DNA from: Felis catus
Lineage: Eukaryota
Length of the DNA stretch: 64,000 nt
Direction: 5' to 3'
NCBI RefSeq assembly: GCF_018350175.1
Contig: NC_058368.1
Coordinates: forward strand, 219,978,001 to 220,042,000
Position 1 is the first letter of the stretch. Each line of letters opens with the position of its first letter. The translations under genes and the position numbers were made by a program. Below are positions 25,854 through 39,361 of this stretch, in pieces. The notes under the pieces are model-generated. The model saw only the letters and a list, made by a program, of their open reading frames with translations, was not told the origin of the DNA and made no database searches.

Positions 25854-26784
25854 TGACTTCCTGGATGAAAAACCTGTAAGAGGGCCATGCATATGCCTGC
25901 AACCCTCTGCGGCTCCTTCTCCCACACTATTTCATACTTGGCCTTTAGCAAATCATTGAAGTGTCTAGCTTATTATTATTTTAGAGCATATGCCATACAA
26001 GCCTAGAGGTGTATCTCCTTCTATATTTTGATTTAGTTGTTTATCACATAAGATCAGCTCTTAGATGGGTTCAAGAGCCTTAAATCTGCAGCTGTCCAGC
26101 CTATGGTCCTAGTTGTAAGGGCAGGAATGTTGCTCTTTCTGGTTCTCTACATGTCTGAGGTAGAACTGCAAGCATAATAGGTTATGCTTCTAACTCCAAC
26201 ATTTGAATAGACTAAGTTGAAACTATTGAGTCTCCCTATTATATAAGAAGACTCTGTAATGAGTGTTTAGACATATTTGTTAATTTGATTTACTTATATA
26301 CTAGAACATCAGTTTTAATAGACTTTGTGAAAAAAAAAACTAGGCACGTGAACCTCATCATATAAATATAAATGTGCATACTAAGAGAGAAGTTGTAAGT
26401 GCTTTCTTCAGCATCATACATCTAATTTACGACTCCAGCTTCTTGCTCCCAAGTGCAAGATTCTTTCCTCTACATCATCCACTCACTTATATTAATAAAT
26501 CCACTTTTTTCAAAATGTGTTTCTCTATCCTGTTTATTATTTTGAGGCTTGCATTCATTCAATAAAGTGATGGAAAAGCACATTGAGTTAGTAGTAAACA
26601 TAGATAACTATGTCGGTAGAATAACAATACATCATTTAATATGGAAACCATTTTTCAGTCTTTTCATCCCTAAGGAATATTGACTCTCTTTTGTATCTAG
26701 TTAAAAGCCGAGTTGTTTCTGATCTTTGGAGTTTCTTTTTCAAATTATGGACTAAAATTATTTGCATGCTAATCATCTTTAAAT

Positions 26785-26817
26785 ATTTTTTTAAATGTTT
26801 TCAACTTATTTATTCTT

Positions 26818-26875
<58 letters not shown>

Positions 26876-27079
26876 CATGGGAGGGGCAGACAGAGAGGGA
26901 AAGAGAATCCCAAGCAGGTTCCACACTGTGATTGCAGAGCCCAATGTGGGGCTTGAACTCATAAACTGTGAGATCATGCCCTGAGCTGAAACCAAGAGTT
27001 GTGATGCTTTACCCAACTCTTGGTTTCAGCTCAGGACATGATCTCACAGTTTTGAGGCTTTGAGTCACCCAGATGTCCC
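26785..27079 (-). mobile_element. Can-SINE with an internal inverted duplication
   Basis: Antisense body; 26963-27001 and 27014-27052 are reverse complements (38/39 match). Confidence 0.9.
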
Positions 27080-28189
27080 AAAATATTTAAATACTAAAGG
27101 TATTTTTTTTCTAACACTTTGCCTTTGTTATTTTTCCCATTATAAATATATATTTGTATATTTATAAATACTTTGTAAAAATAGTCAAGCAATTTTCAAT
27201 CTACCTCTGTAAGCTACAAAGAAGATGCAAAATAAAAAGTAAAATTGATAAAGACAGACATGCAAGAAAGCAGTATTTTTGTTTTAGTTATACATGACTT
27301 GAGCTAAAGAAGTATATGTGACTCATTAATGAATCTGACATCTGATTTTATACCTAGTCCAAGCTGAATATTTTACTGAAACCTCTAGTGATCTATAATA
27401 CATAATACACTAATATGTTCAAAATATCTTTATGCAATTAGTATGAAGTTTCAGGTTATAATACTCAGATAGTGTAAAAAGGAGAAACATCTAGTGCCAT
27501 TGTTACAAGGAGGGCATGGAAGAGAACTGTTTTATTACTTTGCTATTTTTTCCAAGTTTGAGATATTTATGCAAAGTTGTATGAATTACTTTGCCAACAA
27601 TACAGAACGTATTAATTCAGCATTTAGCAACTATGCTAGTCATTGAGAAAAATTAAATTCTGATAGTGACTATGATGAAAAAAAAATCTAGTAGTGAGGA
27701 TGATATTTAAAAATCACAAATGTTCCTAAAATGAAAGAATGGACACAGTGCTATGTATTATAAATGATAGAAAGAGTACACACTTCGCATTAAAATAGAA
27801 ATATGATTGTTTTATGACCTTGAAAAAAATTCTGAAACCATCTGAGATACATTTTTTTGATCTGCAGAAAATGAGTAAATGCCTGACCTATTAAATTATT
27901 GTGAGACTTGAATTATATGATGTCATGATCATATCTGAAGTTTCATTCAAATTATTAGGGGGTTCTGTTTATACTTTGTTATTTAATCTCATAACTTCTA
28001 CATGAGTGAAAGCTCATTAAGGCTATTTTATGAAAAGTAAAGAAATAAAATTGCATTTGTACTTTTCCTATGACTGAGATTATGCTGAATACTGAACAAA
28101 TGCAATATGATCATATTTATCATGGCTCATATCCTATTATAGGAGGAAAGGCATTTAAAAATTTACAAGGTTAATTATTTCATTACGAT

Positions 28190-28600
28190 CGTGTCAGTTA
28201 TCTGATGGAGAAGTAAAAGTGACATGAAAGCATCTAACAGGAACCTAATCTAGCCTAGTATGTCCAAAAAGACTTTTCATTTCCAACTTGATGTATGAGA
28301 GACAAATTGGAGTTAGACCATAACAAGAACGTCTATAGCAGTGATAACAATATGTGTATTTTGGGACAGGTATGTGGGCTGAGTTTCTTCCACGATCCAA
28401 AATTTGATCAGTTCACTTGGATATTGGTAAGCAATGGGGAGAAAATCTTAGGATGAGTTTGGAAAGTTAGTAAGAGGCCAGTTCATGTTAAGCTAATATA
28501 GGGACATAGACCTCTATTTTAAAGGCAAGAAGAACCCACAGAAAGATCCCCAGTGGAAAAATGGCATGATCAGAATTGGATTGTAGAGTGTTAATTCCTA
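28190..28600. mobile_element. L2 fragment (tentative)
   Basis: GGAACCTAATCTAG...GAGGCCAG...TTTTAAAGGCAAGAAGAACCC...GGCATGATCAGA resembles the L2 3' region. Confidence 0.45.
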
Positions 28601-29083
28601 CATGAATTATGGCAACAGGAATATGTTTTGGGTGAGCGGCAGCAGTAACGGTTCTGAGTGCTCAGTCACCATTACCCCAAAGGCAGCAGTGTAGACAACT
28701 GTCTCTAGGGGCTTCTTCCCATTTAATGATTTGCTCTGACAAAAAAAAGGAGATAATTTCATACTTTATTTATATCCACTGAAACCACATTCATGTGAAA
28801 ACGACCTGGCATGTGGCATGTTCAAAGTCTGACACAATTTCAGGTATATGGCTGTGTAAATTCTATATCATCTATAAATTTAACTTTTCCTGTATGATCT
28901 CAGCTACGTTTCCTGAAAGAAGACCCTTCAAGCTGATGAACAGCTTCTCTTTTTGTTGAAAACAGTTTTTTCTTCCATACAGCTCCCAAATAATCTCTTA
29001 AGCTTTAAAGCTTTGATTAACTGTAATATTCAATAAATTTTATTTTCCAACATGTAGACCATAGGAAATACATCTTATTTTTA

Positions 29084-29717
29084 TTATTTATTCTTTTCAT
29101 TTATTTATTTATTTATGTATTTATTTATTTATTTATTTAGAGGGAGACGGAGCATGAGCAGAGAAGACACAGAGAGAGGGAGAGCGAGAATCCCAAGGAG
29201 GCTCCATGCTGTCAGCACAGAGCCCAGTGTGGCCTCCATCTCATGAACCATGAGCTCATGACCTGAGCTGAAATCAAGAGACACTTTACCAACTGAGCCA
29301 CCCAGACACCCCTGAATCATTTTATTTTTTTTAATAAGTTTTATTTTACATATTTCTTTTTTTTTAAATTTACATCCACATTGTTAGCATATAGTGCAAC
29401 AATGATTTCAGGAGTAGATTCCTCAGTGCCCCTTACCCATTTAGCCCATCCCCTCTCCCACAATCCCTGCAGTAACCCTCTGTTCTCCATATTTATGAGT
29501 CTCTTCTGTTTTGTCCCCCTCCTTGTTTTTATATTATTTTTGTTGCCCTTCCCGTATGTTCATCTGTTTTGTCTCTTAAAGTCCTCATATGAGTGAAGTC
29601 ATATGATATTTGTCTTTCTCTGACTGACTAATTTCACTCAGCATAATACCCTCCGGTTCCATCCATGTAGTTGCAACTGGCAAGATTTTATTCTTTTTAA
29701 TTGCTGAGTAATACTCC

Positions 29718-29757
<40 letters not shown>

Positions 29758-29777
29758 AAATATATGTATATATTGTA

Positions 29778-29820
<43 letters not shown>

Positions 29821-29929
29821 ACACATCACCACATCTTTATCCATTCATCCACTGATGGACATTTGGGCTCTTTCCATACTTTGGCTACTGTCGATAGTGC
29901 TGCTATAAACAGCACGCCCATGTTTGTAG
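29084..29929 (-). mobile_element. 5'-truncated felid/carnivore L1 with (TG)n and (TA)n tracts
   Basis: GTTAGCATATAGTGCAACAATGATTTCAGGAGTAGA...CATCCATGTAGTTGCAA; TSD CATCTTATTTTTA at 29071-29083 and 29930-29942. Confidence 0.9.
29095..29312 (-). mobile_element. Can-SINE in the tail of an L1
   Basis: (TTTA)n and body ending CCACCCAGACACCCC. Confidence 0.9.
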
Positions 29930-31269
29930 CATCTTATTTTTAACAGTATATATGCCATACACAAAATATTCCCCAGCATTGCTGACAATATAGAGAGGCT
30001 CTCACAGGGTACATTTTCCATATGTATTATTATCTAACTTTTTTTTTTATGTTTTAACACAATGCATACCCTTCCTGATTGCATCCATCAAATTTTTTCA
30101 TAGAGAGACTGTAAGTGTCTTAGAAAGTGGGAGCTAAGTAGATGTTAGCCTAAACAGTTAGTAATGGTTTATTAATTCCTTTGAAAACTTTTTTAATGTG
30201 CATCTCTAAGTGTTCAGAAAATATGATACTTGAGCTGGCATCTGAAAAAATACACATTTTATTGATATATTAACGATGGTTTTTTACCAAGCAGAGAAAA
30301 GAGAGTGTAAGAAGACAATGATATAAAAGAAATTTAAGTTAATAAATGTTAATTATCCAAATTTATAAAGAATCAATGCTATCAGGACTTAATAGTAAAC
30401 ATGGGAAGACTGATTAATATCACAGAATTGTAATTAATTATACTGAAGGGCAGAAAACTCTGAAATAGTTCCTATTTTTCTTTTCTTATCAACCAACCAA
30501 CTACAAACAGGTATTAATTAACAAGTTGTATTTATACATAGTGGACTTCCTTTGTCCGGCACATTAATTTCTTTGGGAAACTTCCCAGGCATTTGAATTT
30601 TTATTGCTCTAATAAAAGCAATAAAGAACTAAAAGAAATTTTTAAAAAATTTGAAATGTTAATGGCATTGAATACACTGTTCTTAAGACTGTTCAGACCT
30701 ACCCAGTTTTATGAATGCAAAGTAAATCATCTTTCATTGTTTTCCTCTCAAGCATCTATTCAAAGCAAAAAGAATAAATATGAATGGAAAGCAACCCAAC
30801 TTTGATGACAGTGATATCTGTAATTCCTAACAGCATTCAATGACAATGGAATGCCAAATTCCAAGAAGGGGGGCAAAGTATAGAGAGACAATTTAGAGAG
30901 GCTGTAGTTACAAATTTCAGACTAATTTCATACAATGCATTTTTTTTAAATATGAACTTCAATTCAAGGGGGGGAAACCTAATAGTTGTTAGAGCAACGT
31001 AAATAGACTTTTCAGACAAAAGATGGAGCTTCATTGACTCTTGTTTGTCATCACAAAACAGCAAGAGTCAGCTGAGAGAGAACACATATAAACATTGCAG
31101 AATGCACTGGATCATTTAACTGGTTTAATTTTTTGATATAATTGTCATTATTAACATAAATACGTTTATTTCTAATACTATTTTCAGTTATTTATAGCAT
31201 GCCTTTTTCCATTATTTTTTATGTTTTTCTCAATTCCTGACAGCTACTCATCTAATTTTCTACATTTGT

Positions 31270-32130
31270 GTCTCAATTTGTTTATTTAACAGTATCCTTA
31301 AAACGAGCATACTTTCAAGCCAATATCTATCTACTCAACAATGAATATTGAGAAATAAATATTTTAACTTAAATTCCATTCATCTTCATTTGCCGTATTG
31401 TTGCTGCCAAAACAGCCATTTCCAACATCTACATATATTATTCAGTTATTTTTTTAATAATTATCCATTTATTTACCATTTATTTTCTCAATAATTTCTT
31501 GTTTCCATTTTAATTTCTTTCTCTTAAATCTATCCTTGCTATTTTTTTCAGGTGAGGAACTGTCAGCAAATATTCTTAGTTCCTCTGTCTTAAATTTTCC
31601 CCCATACTATTGGAGATAGTTGAGCTAGATACAAAACTGATTTTATCTCATGCTTAAAATACACAATTCTATTGGTGTTGGATTTTTTGTTGTTATTAAT
31701 GAAAAGCGTTTTCACTTTAATATTTTGTCCTTGGTAGGTAATCTTGTTTTTTCTTTTTCTCTCTCTTTGGTTACTTTTAAAATCTTGCTATCTCTTTGCC
31801 AGTAATGATTTCTATTTTAACTATTTATTTGTATGTGTGATTTTATTTTCATGGATTTTTGTTGTTCTCATTGTTAAGTTTCAACAAGGATATTTATCTA
31901 TTTAGGAAAATTTTAGTCATTATCTACTTAAATATTGTTTCTTCCCATTTTTCTTATTTTTTTTCCTGAATCTCTTAAACAACCTTTATTGGACTTTCTT
32001 ATTTTATCATCATGCTCTATAATCTCACAATGAAAAGAAATTCTATTTATATCTCCATGGTGTATTCTGAATGATTTCCTCAAATATACTTCCAATGACA
32101 TTTCAACATGGCTAATTAACACTTACACTA
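31270..32130 (-). mobile_element. Ancient L1 fragment (tentative)
   Basis: T-rich antisense L1-like text, e.g. TTTAGGAAAATTTTAGTCATTATCTACTTAAATATTG. Confidence 0.5.
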
Positions 32131-32647
32131 CTGGCTGAATAGTATTTTTAAGTTGGTTATGTGGCTACATCTATCTTAGGTTGTACTATTTCATATTGAA
32201 GCAAAATATGTTACCTGCTTTAAATGAACTGATGTAAAATGATTATAAAATTTCAAATCTTACCTTTTGTACCTTTGACTCTGTACAGGTTAGAACAATT
32301 TCTTTTTGTCTGTATTTTGTGTGTGAAATTAATTTTATATCAGATTGCTTTCTCTTTTTAATTTACTTTGCTACACATTGGTACACAATCAATTCTGAAT
32401 TAAAATAGATTTAAAACACTTTTATAAAAATATTTTCTTTTCATTTTATTTATTTCTCTTTCTTTCTCTTATTTTCTCATTCTTTCTTTCTTCCAACTGC
32501 TATGTGTAGTTGAGGTTTTAACAACCTTGAACTGGCTGCTGAAATAATTACTCAGCCTGGGAATTCTTCATCTTTAGGTTTAGTATATTTTTGGACTCCA
32601 TGCCAATATGTGATATATATTTTGGTTAATTGTTAACAAGTTTTAAT

Positions 32648-32649
<2 letters not shown>

Positions 32650-32684
<35 letters not shown>
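32650..32684. repeat. (TG)n microsatellite
   Basis: Seen directly. Confidence 0.95.
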
Positions 32685-32689
<5 letters not shown>

Positions 32690-33435
32690 GAGAGAGAATT
32701 TTTTACCGTCTATTGAATGTTATGACCAACTATTTTAGCTTTTAAAGACCTATGCTAATTAATCTATTTATTTATTTACTAATCTTCAGTTTCTTTGTCA
32801 ACTACTACAAAGCTTCCAGAGCCTTGACTTTATACTCTAGTCTTAATCCTGACCGTTGAGCTTGCCCAGGGCTAAAGAAAATTCTCCTAACTTCCTATCT
32901 ATCTCAAATTCCAATAGAATCTAAAGCATCACACTACATTGGAACATGGCCTGCTGTTTCTTGATATATTGTCTTCTTCACCAAACCAATTTTGCAATGC
33001 ATTTAATCATTACGTTAGTAATTGATGTGCTAATATGTTTATATTTTTTACATATTGGTAATGAACATCATTTTGCTAAGACTCTCACTATTCCAAAATT
33101 GGAAACAATGCTGTATATTTTTACAATGTAAATATTTTTTTTAAATCTAAAATAACAGTAAATTAAACTTTGCAATACTGTGGGTTAAATTTGCTATATA
33201 TGATATTACTTCTGTCTTTTACTTTTCTGTTCATAATTTTGAATTGAATTGGAAGTTTCTTTGTTAAAAAGTATTTAATACTTTCTACACAGTCTGGTTT
33301 AAAAGCTTATCAGTTTTCAGTTATAGCTGAGTCTATACTTAAAATTTGAATATTATGTTTAAGTGACAAAAAACGAATGATTATTGAATTTTTTATCAGG
33401 GTGTAAGAATTTAGTCAAGATTCCAAATATTTATC

Positions 33436-33591
33436 TTTTTTTGAAAATATTTATTTATTTTTGAGAGACACGGGAGCATGTGCACATGATGGATGAACAG
33501 AGAGAGAGTGACACAGAAGATTAGAAGCCGATATGGGGCTCCAATTCATGACTTGTGAGATCATGATCTGAGCTGAAGTCAGACGCTTAAA
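33436..33591 (-). mobile_element. Truncated, internally deleted Can-SINE
   Basis: GTGAGATCATGATCTGAGCTGAAGTCAGACGCTTAA; head missing. Confidence 0.8.
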
Positions 33592-35439
33592 ACAACTTAC
33601 CTTAATTATAAATGCTACACTAAATCTTGCATATATGTCTTCTTCTAAAAAATTAGGTTAATTTAGGAAATGTTAAGATGATATTCATAGAAAATTGACA
33701 CATGTATTTTATTTTATTTTATTTTTTTTTAGTTCTGCAAAACTATTAGTCCAGTTACAGAAAACTCAGAGGGAAATTGTCTATCATAAAAGCCATGACA
33801 ACCATGGCAAGTTTGTATTTCTTAAATGAAAATTAAAAAATTCTATCTCCATCAATATACTTTCTATCAATCTAGACAGCACGTGCAAAAAAGTCATGAA
33901 AATTCGTGATTCTCCAAGGGCTATCTTAACTGCAGGGATTGTGGGAAGTGTACTGTTTTTTTTTTTTTCTTGAGATTTTCTTGGCATAAAAGATAGTAAA
34001 GTCATTTTGTTCTTTTCAACAATATTACTCCATTTCTACTTATAGCACAGCACATTAGCTTGTCAGGAAAAATCATCACCTAGCATATCCAAATATGTTT
34101 ATAACATTTTTATGGGCTCCTTCTAATGGATGCATGTCATCAAGAAAAACTATTTTGATATCATTTTTATGCAGCACAATGATGTTTCATAGTCTATGTG
34201 AGATTTTCCATTTACAAGGGTTAGAGAAATTTACATATAAAGTGGGATAGTCCAAAAAGTGCCACATCATTAAGTTAAAGCATAGCACAACATACCCATT
34301 AGTTTAAGATTCTGTTGCATTTCTTTAGTTAAGCAATTTCTGCATGCTATCATATTTCCACAGATAAGCACAGGAAAACAAGGAACCATAAAACTGATTA
34401 TTTGAGATACACTGGTTTGTTTTGTAGGGTATTGTTTAGTTTTCATTAATGTCCGTAGGCCTCTTATTGTCTATGTCTAAAAGCCTCTCTATTTTCAGTG
34501 CTTTCCTGTCATGTTAGTAATGGGAACAGCACCTTGTTGGAACATATGGCACTCTGGGAAAGATATATTCTCCAATGAGTCATCACCTTGAATTTTCACT
34601 AGACAATGTTGTGATCTTTCACTTTACCCAGAATATAAAAACGTTCATATGAGAATTGACCTGGGGATGACATTGGACTCAGTCTTTTTATTGCTTCAGC
34701 ACAACAGTTAACCTGGATAACAGGGCATCTATGTGTTCCTTTTCCATTATTTACAAAATATTTGCATCTTGAAATGACCACTGTGAATAATTTACTCAAG
34801 GCATGTCTTTCATGTCACAGGTCCTTTAAGAGCTCAAGGAAGCATACAAGAAATGCTCATGGTGTTTGTATCAAACAATATGAAACCCAAGATTCTCAGT
34901 TCGGTCTCCAGAGTCTCACACTCCGTGCTCCTGAGATCAGTCTGATCACTTTAATTCCTCATGCTCTCTCTCAATGAGCAAGATATTGGGGGAAATGTCA
35001 TTCTATGTACATGTGCCCTTCAGTTTTCCTGGTTCACTTAAACTATTACCTTCCTAAATTACTGTCATATGTGCTTTAAATTGTTGAATTCCTTTGTGTA
35101 ATGGTGTTATACAATATTTTCCTGACTATTAATGGGACATATCCTATTTCTTACCCCCTTGTTCAACATTTGTTATTCTCCATCCTCCTTCTCTTCTTTT
35201 TTAACTCTTTCCCTTCTTTCCAACCCCATCCCACTGAGACTTTATTTCATACCTAAGATGTCATGGCTGTCCCACATTTTCTTTACGTATAATTGTTTTT
35301 ATGCAATTAGATCCTCAGTGTGAAAGTCTTCTGTTTAAATGTCTAGATAGTTAGGGTAGGCTCAGATTTGGTATTCCCTGAATACTTTACTCTATCAATT
35401 GTATTAATTTTTAATGTATTCGTTCATATGTAACATCAC

Positions 35440-35770
35440 AGCTGATTAAGAGTGGCTCAAATTTCAACATGTGGCTTTTTTCTCATGATTTTAGTTGGAT
35501 ACTGCAGCTCTAAACACTGCATCCATTTTTGAGGCAGGGAGAATTGGGGAGAAGAATTGAGGGGGATAAAACACACAATGACACCTGTATCAAGAAAACA
35601 AACATATTTCTCAGAAATCTCTAGCTGATGTGGCTTATGCTTTATTCTGCAGGACTATGCCATAAAGTCACTGTGGCTGCAAAGGATGAGATGAGACATT
35701 AAAACATGACTCTCTAGAAAATATTCAGTGACTGTTGTTGAAAATGAATTTATAGGCAACCAGTACTAAT
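35440..35770 (-). mobile_element. Old MLT1 (J/K-like) LTR fragment
   Basis: CTGCAGCTC...GCATCCATTTTTGAGGCAGG...GGCTGCAAAGG...TAGGCAAC. Confidence 0.5.
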
Positions 35771-35949
35771 GGTTATTGGACTGGTGCCCTAAGTATATGG
35801 ATCTTAGAAGGAACATATAAATGTTGTTTAAGTCAGTAAAACATAAATATTATTATTATTCTCATATCAAATGATCCTAGCCTATGTGTTAACTACGTCT
35901 GGTCATTCAGAATATGTGGACAATTTACCATGACCTTTCTCATTCTTCT

Positions 35950-36137
35950 TTTCCTTTTTTTAAGTTTATTTATTTATTTTGAGAGAGGCAGGTAAGGGCA
36001 GAGCGAGAGGAAGAGAGAATCCCAGGCAGGCTTGTCAGCACAGGGCCCAACATGGAGCTTGAACTCATGAACCATGAGATCTGACCTGAACTGAAATCAA
36101 GAGTCACACTTAACCAGCTGAGCTACCCAGGTGCCCC
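35950..36137 (-). mobile_element. Can-SINE
   Basis: TSD TCATTCTTCT. Confidence 0.9.
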
Positions 36138-36639
36138 TCATTCTTCTGTTTCTTAATCATGCAAATCTATTTTTTTAAATTCCCTACTCATAAATTTAAA
36201 GATTGCCAAATTGAAGACAACTAATGAAGGTTTTATACGTGAGTGAATGTAAGAATGAATGGATCAGAGAATAAGTGAGTAAACTAATGAAATAGTAGGA
36301 TTCACCTATATTTCCATAGTAGTTTCTATTCATATAAAATCAATTAAAAGAGTGGAGTCCAGCATTGGAATAGAAACCAATAAAAGGCACCATAGTGGGT
36401 GAGTGCTATTTATGGAAAAGCTGAGACTTGCCACTAGACGTCTATGACTATGCTTTATAAGAATAAACAAGTATGAATTTAGTGCCTCTTTTTTCCCATT
36501 CTCCTTCTCCTCTTAGCAGTGTGTATCTCAATTTAATGACTCTCTCAACTTGCTAATATTGTATGTTCACATAATGGATATTCCACTCTGGTGACTAAAC
36601 AACATTCCTCATCCTTCTAACTCAGTATCTCCTCTTCCT

Positions 36640-36780
36640 ATTATTATTCCTTTTACACAAGAGAAGTCTGAGGGGCAGAATGCTTAAATGACTTGTCCAA
36701 CGTATCCAGCTAGTAAGTTTTCTAGCTAGAATCCAAAGTAGGCTATCTAGTTCTGAATATCTCTTCTCAATCACTACCTC
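36640..36780. mobile_element. MIR
   Basis: Core TTTTACACAAGAGAAGTCTGAGG...TTAAATGACTTGTCCAA...CAGCTAGTAAG. Confidence 0.7.
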
Positions 36781-36869
36781 ACTTTTCAACTTTTCTTTTT
36801 ACCACTATGCCCTGTGAAGCTACAAGTGATGACTATAGGACAAGTATTTCTTTTAAACGGTGGAAAATA

Positions 36870-37160
36870 TTATTTGCATCTAGGAAGGAAGGTATGAGTT
36901 CAAGAAACATACTTAGGAGCCATCAACATATAAGTGCCTGGGAAAATCACTGTAACAGAGGAGAATATTGAGAGAATAAACACAGGGAATACACAAGAAA
37001 TACTAAGGAGAAAATCCTGGACTCTTCCTCCACTGAAGAGTAGGCAAATGCAGAAGAGACAGTGATTGAACTGAGATGGAAGAGAACAGATAAAGAAGAG
37101 AGTAGTGCTCTGTATTTCAAAATATGAGTGTTTCAAGCAGAGGTGATTGATATTCAAGAA
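36870..37160. mobile_element. L2 fragment
   Basis: TTAGGAGCCATCAACATATAAGTG...GTATTTCAAAATATGAGTG. Confidence 0.5.
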
Positions 37161-37199
37161 ACAATTATTAAAGCTTAAAAATGCATTTCTTAAAATGGA

Positions 37200-38460
37200 G
37201 AATATTATGAAATCAGGGTAGACAAATATTTATTAAACAGAACATAGAAAGCAATAATTATAAAAGAAAAGAAAGCAATAATCATAAAAGAAAAGATGGG
37301 ATTATTAGCACATCACTAAAATGGGTAACTTTTGTTGAACAAAAATTGCATGAAGACAAGGATCAAGGCAGAAAAAGAGAAAATGTTTGCAATGCAAATA
37401 CCTGAGTGAGATCTTTTATCTAGAATTTTTTTTATCTCCTAACTTAATAAGACACTGAACAAATAACCTAATATAAATAAAATGAGTCAATGAGGTTGTC
37501 AAATGGCATGCGAAAATAAGAAAAAGTGATTCCAGAGCAGTACTTATTCAGTAAGTACATATCAGATAAAAAGAAGAACAAACATACACACTGGAATTAT
37601 AATTAAACAGTGGCAATACCACATATTGGACAGAATATGAAGCCACAGGAACTCTTATAATTTTCTTGATGGAAGTGAAAATTCATACAATGGCCTTGGA
37701 AAACTCTTTGACACACTCTGTTAAAACTAAATATATGCCTATTTTATGACCCAGCATTTACACTTGTAGGTAAGTGCTCAAAAATATGAGTGCCAGTGTC
37801 CACCAAAAACAAATGTGAAGCTTTTTCATAGTATCTTATTCATAATAGTCAAAAAGCAAAAACAACCCAATTGTCCATTAATGATATAATGTGTCATTAA
37901 ATTATGATAGATTCATACAGTGCAACACCTTACAAAGACACTAAAACAAAGAAACAAAAAAATGAACTGTTGTTATACAAACAACATTGAAAAAGAAGTA
38001 AGCACAAAATAATATACACCCTATATCATTCATAAGAAATTAAAAAATAGTCAAAATGTATTCGTAGTGTTAGAACCTACTTTGTTGGGAGACAATTGAC
38101 TGAGAAAAACTTAAAAGATGCTGGAAATATTGGGGCGTCTGGATGGCTCAGTTGGTTAAGCATCTGACTTCAGCTCAGGTCGTGATCTCAAGGTTCATGG
38201 ATTCAAGCCCCTAGTTGGGCTTTATGCTGACAGCTCAGAGCCTAGAGCCTGCTTCAGATCTGTGTCTCCTTCTCTTTCTGCCCCTTTACCACTTGTGTTC
38301 TGTCTCTGTATCTCAAAAATGAATAAATGTAACAAAAAAATTCAAATATGCGGAGATATCTTGAGATGGGTGATAGTAAAATAGGTGTCTATTAATATAA
38401 AAAGTCATCTAGCTATACAATTATATTAAGGCATTTTATTGTCTCTATCTCCCAAACTTT
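37200..38460 (+). mobile_element. Ancient L1 (L1ME-like) ORF2 end and 3' UTR, split by a SINE
   Basis: TATGACCCAGCATTTACACTTGTAGG...TTATTCATAATAGTCAAAAAG...AACAACCCAATTGTCCATTAA. Confidence 0.7.
38132..38342 (+). mobile_element. Can-SINE
   Basis: GGGGCGTCTGGATGGCTCAG head and A tail. Confidence 0.9.
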
Positions 38461-39361
38461 TTAATAAGTAGAGCATAGATCATTAGTTATCAGTTTTTCT
38501 TCCTTCTAATATATGCATCTAATGATAAAAATTTTATGTTTTTTACAGTAAATCGGGCAAAACCAGCAGCTTGTAACAGACACTTCCTAATTAAGGCTAT
38601 TATTCTCTTCAGTGTATTTTAAAACAATATTTAATATATTCCTTGCTAAGACATCTATTTTTCAAATACCATATGTTGTTTAATATAATTAAAAATAGCA
38701 GTGACTAGTGAGTTAACAGTTAAAACCTAGGGGGGGGAAAGTGGTTTGAAAACATGCCTACTTTGCAATCATTTTAAATATAAATGCCAGTATTTGATTC
38801 TAACTTTAAAACATTGTAGTGCATATATTTGAATAAGGTGGATACTTTTTACCTCATGGCAATTGCAATTGCTTTTGAATGTATCCGTAATTTAAATATT
38901 TGAAGAAAAGTACACGTTTCATTTTCTACTCAGCAAACCTCTAAAATCCACAATATGATCTAACACTGTGATGTCAATATTTCATAGATAGAGCATAAAG
39001 TCCCAAAAATACAGGTAAAACTGTGGCATTATATAAAAATAAATTAAATGATCAACAATTCAAAATATGTTAGGACATGTAGAGATGGGACTGTCCAAAA
39101 ATCTACATAATACACCCAACTCAAAAATTGTTTAACATGTTCTATTTGGTATAACTACTTAAAGAAGATGTTTATATTGTAGATGATACACAATCATAAG
39201 CAAGAGTAAAAACAGGCCTGAGATAACCACACACTCTAATAATTTATTTTTCTGAACAAATAAAAACACAGTATCTTTTTTTAGTTTTATACCTAACAAT
39301 CTTTCCATGTGTTTAGTCCGGTGCAGAGCATAAAAATGGTGTGGGTGAACAAATATATGGG

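Noticed and set aside
37246..37293. 24-bp tandem duplication, and similar small ones at ~1674, ~49842 and ~56220
   Set aside because: Ordinary slippage duplications with no further structure
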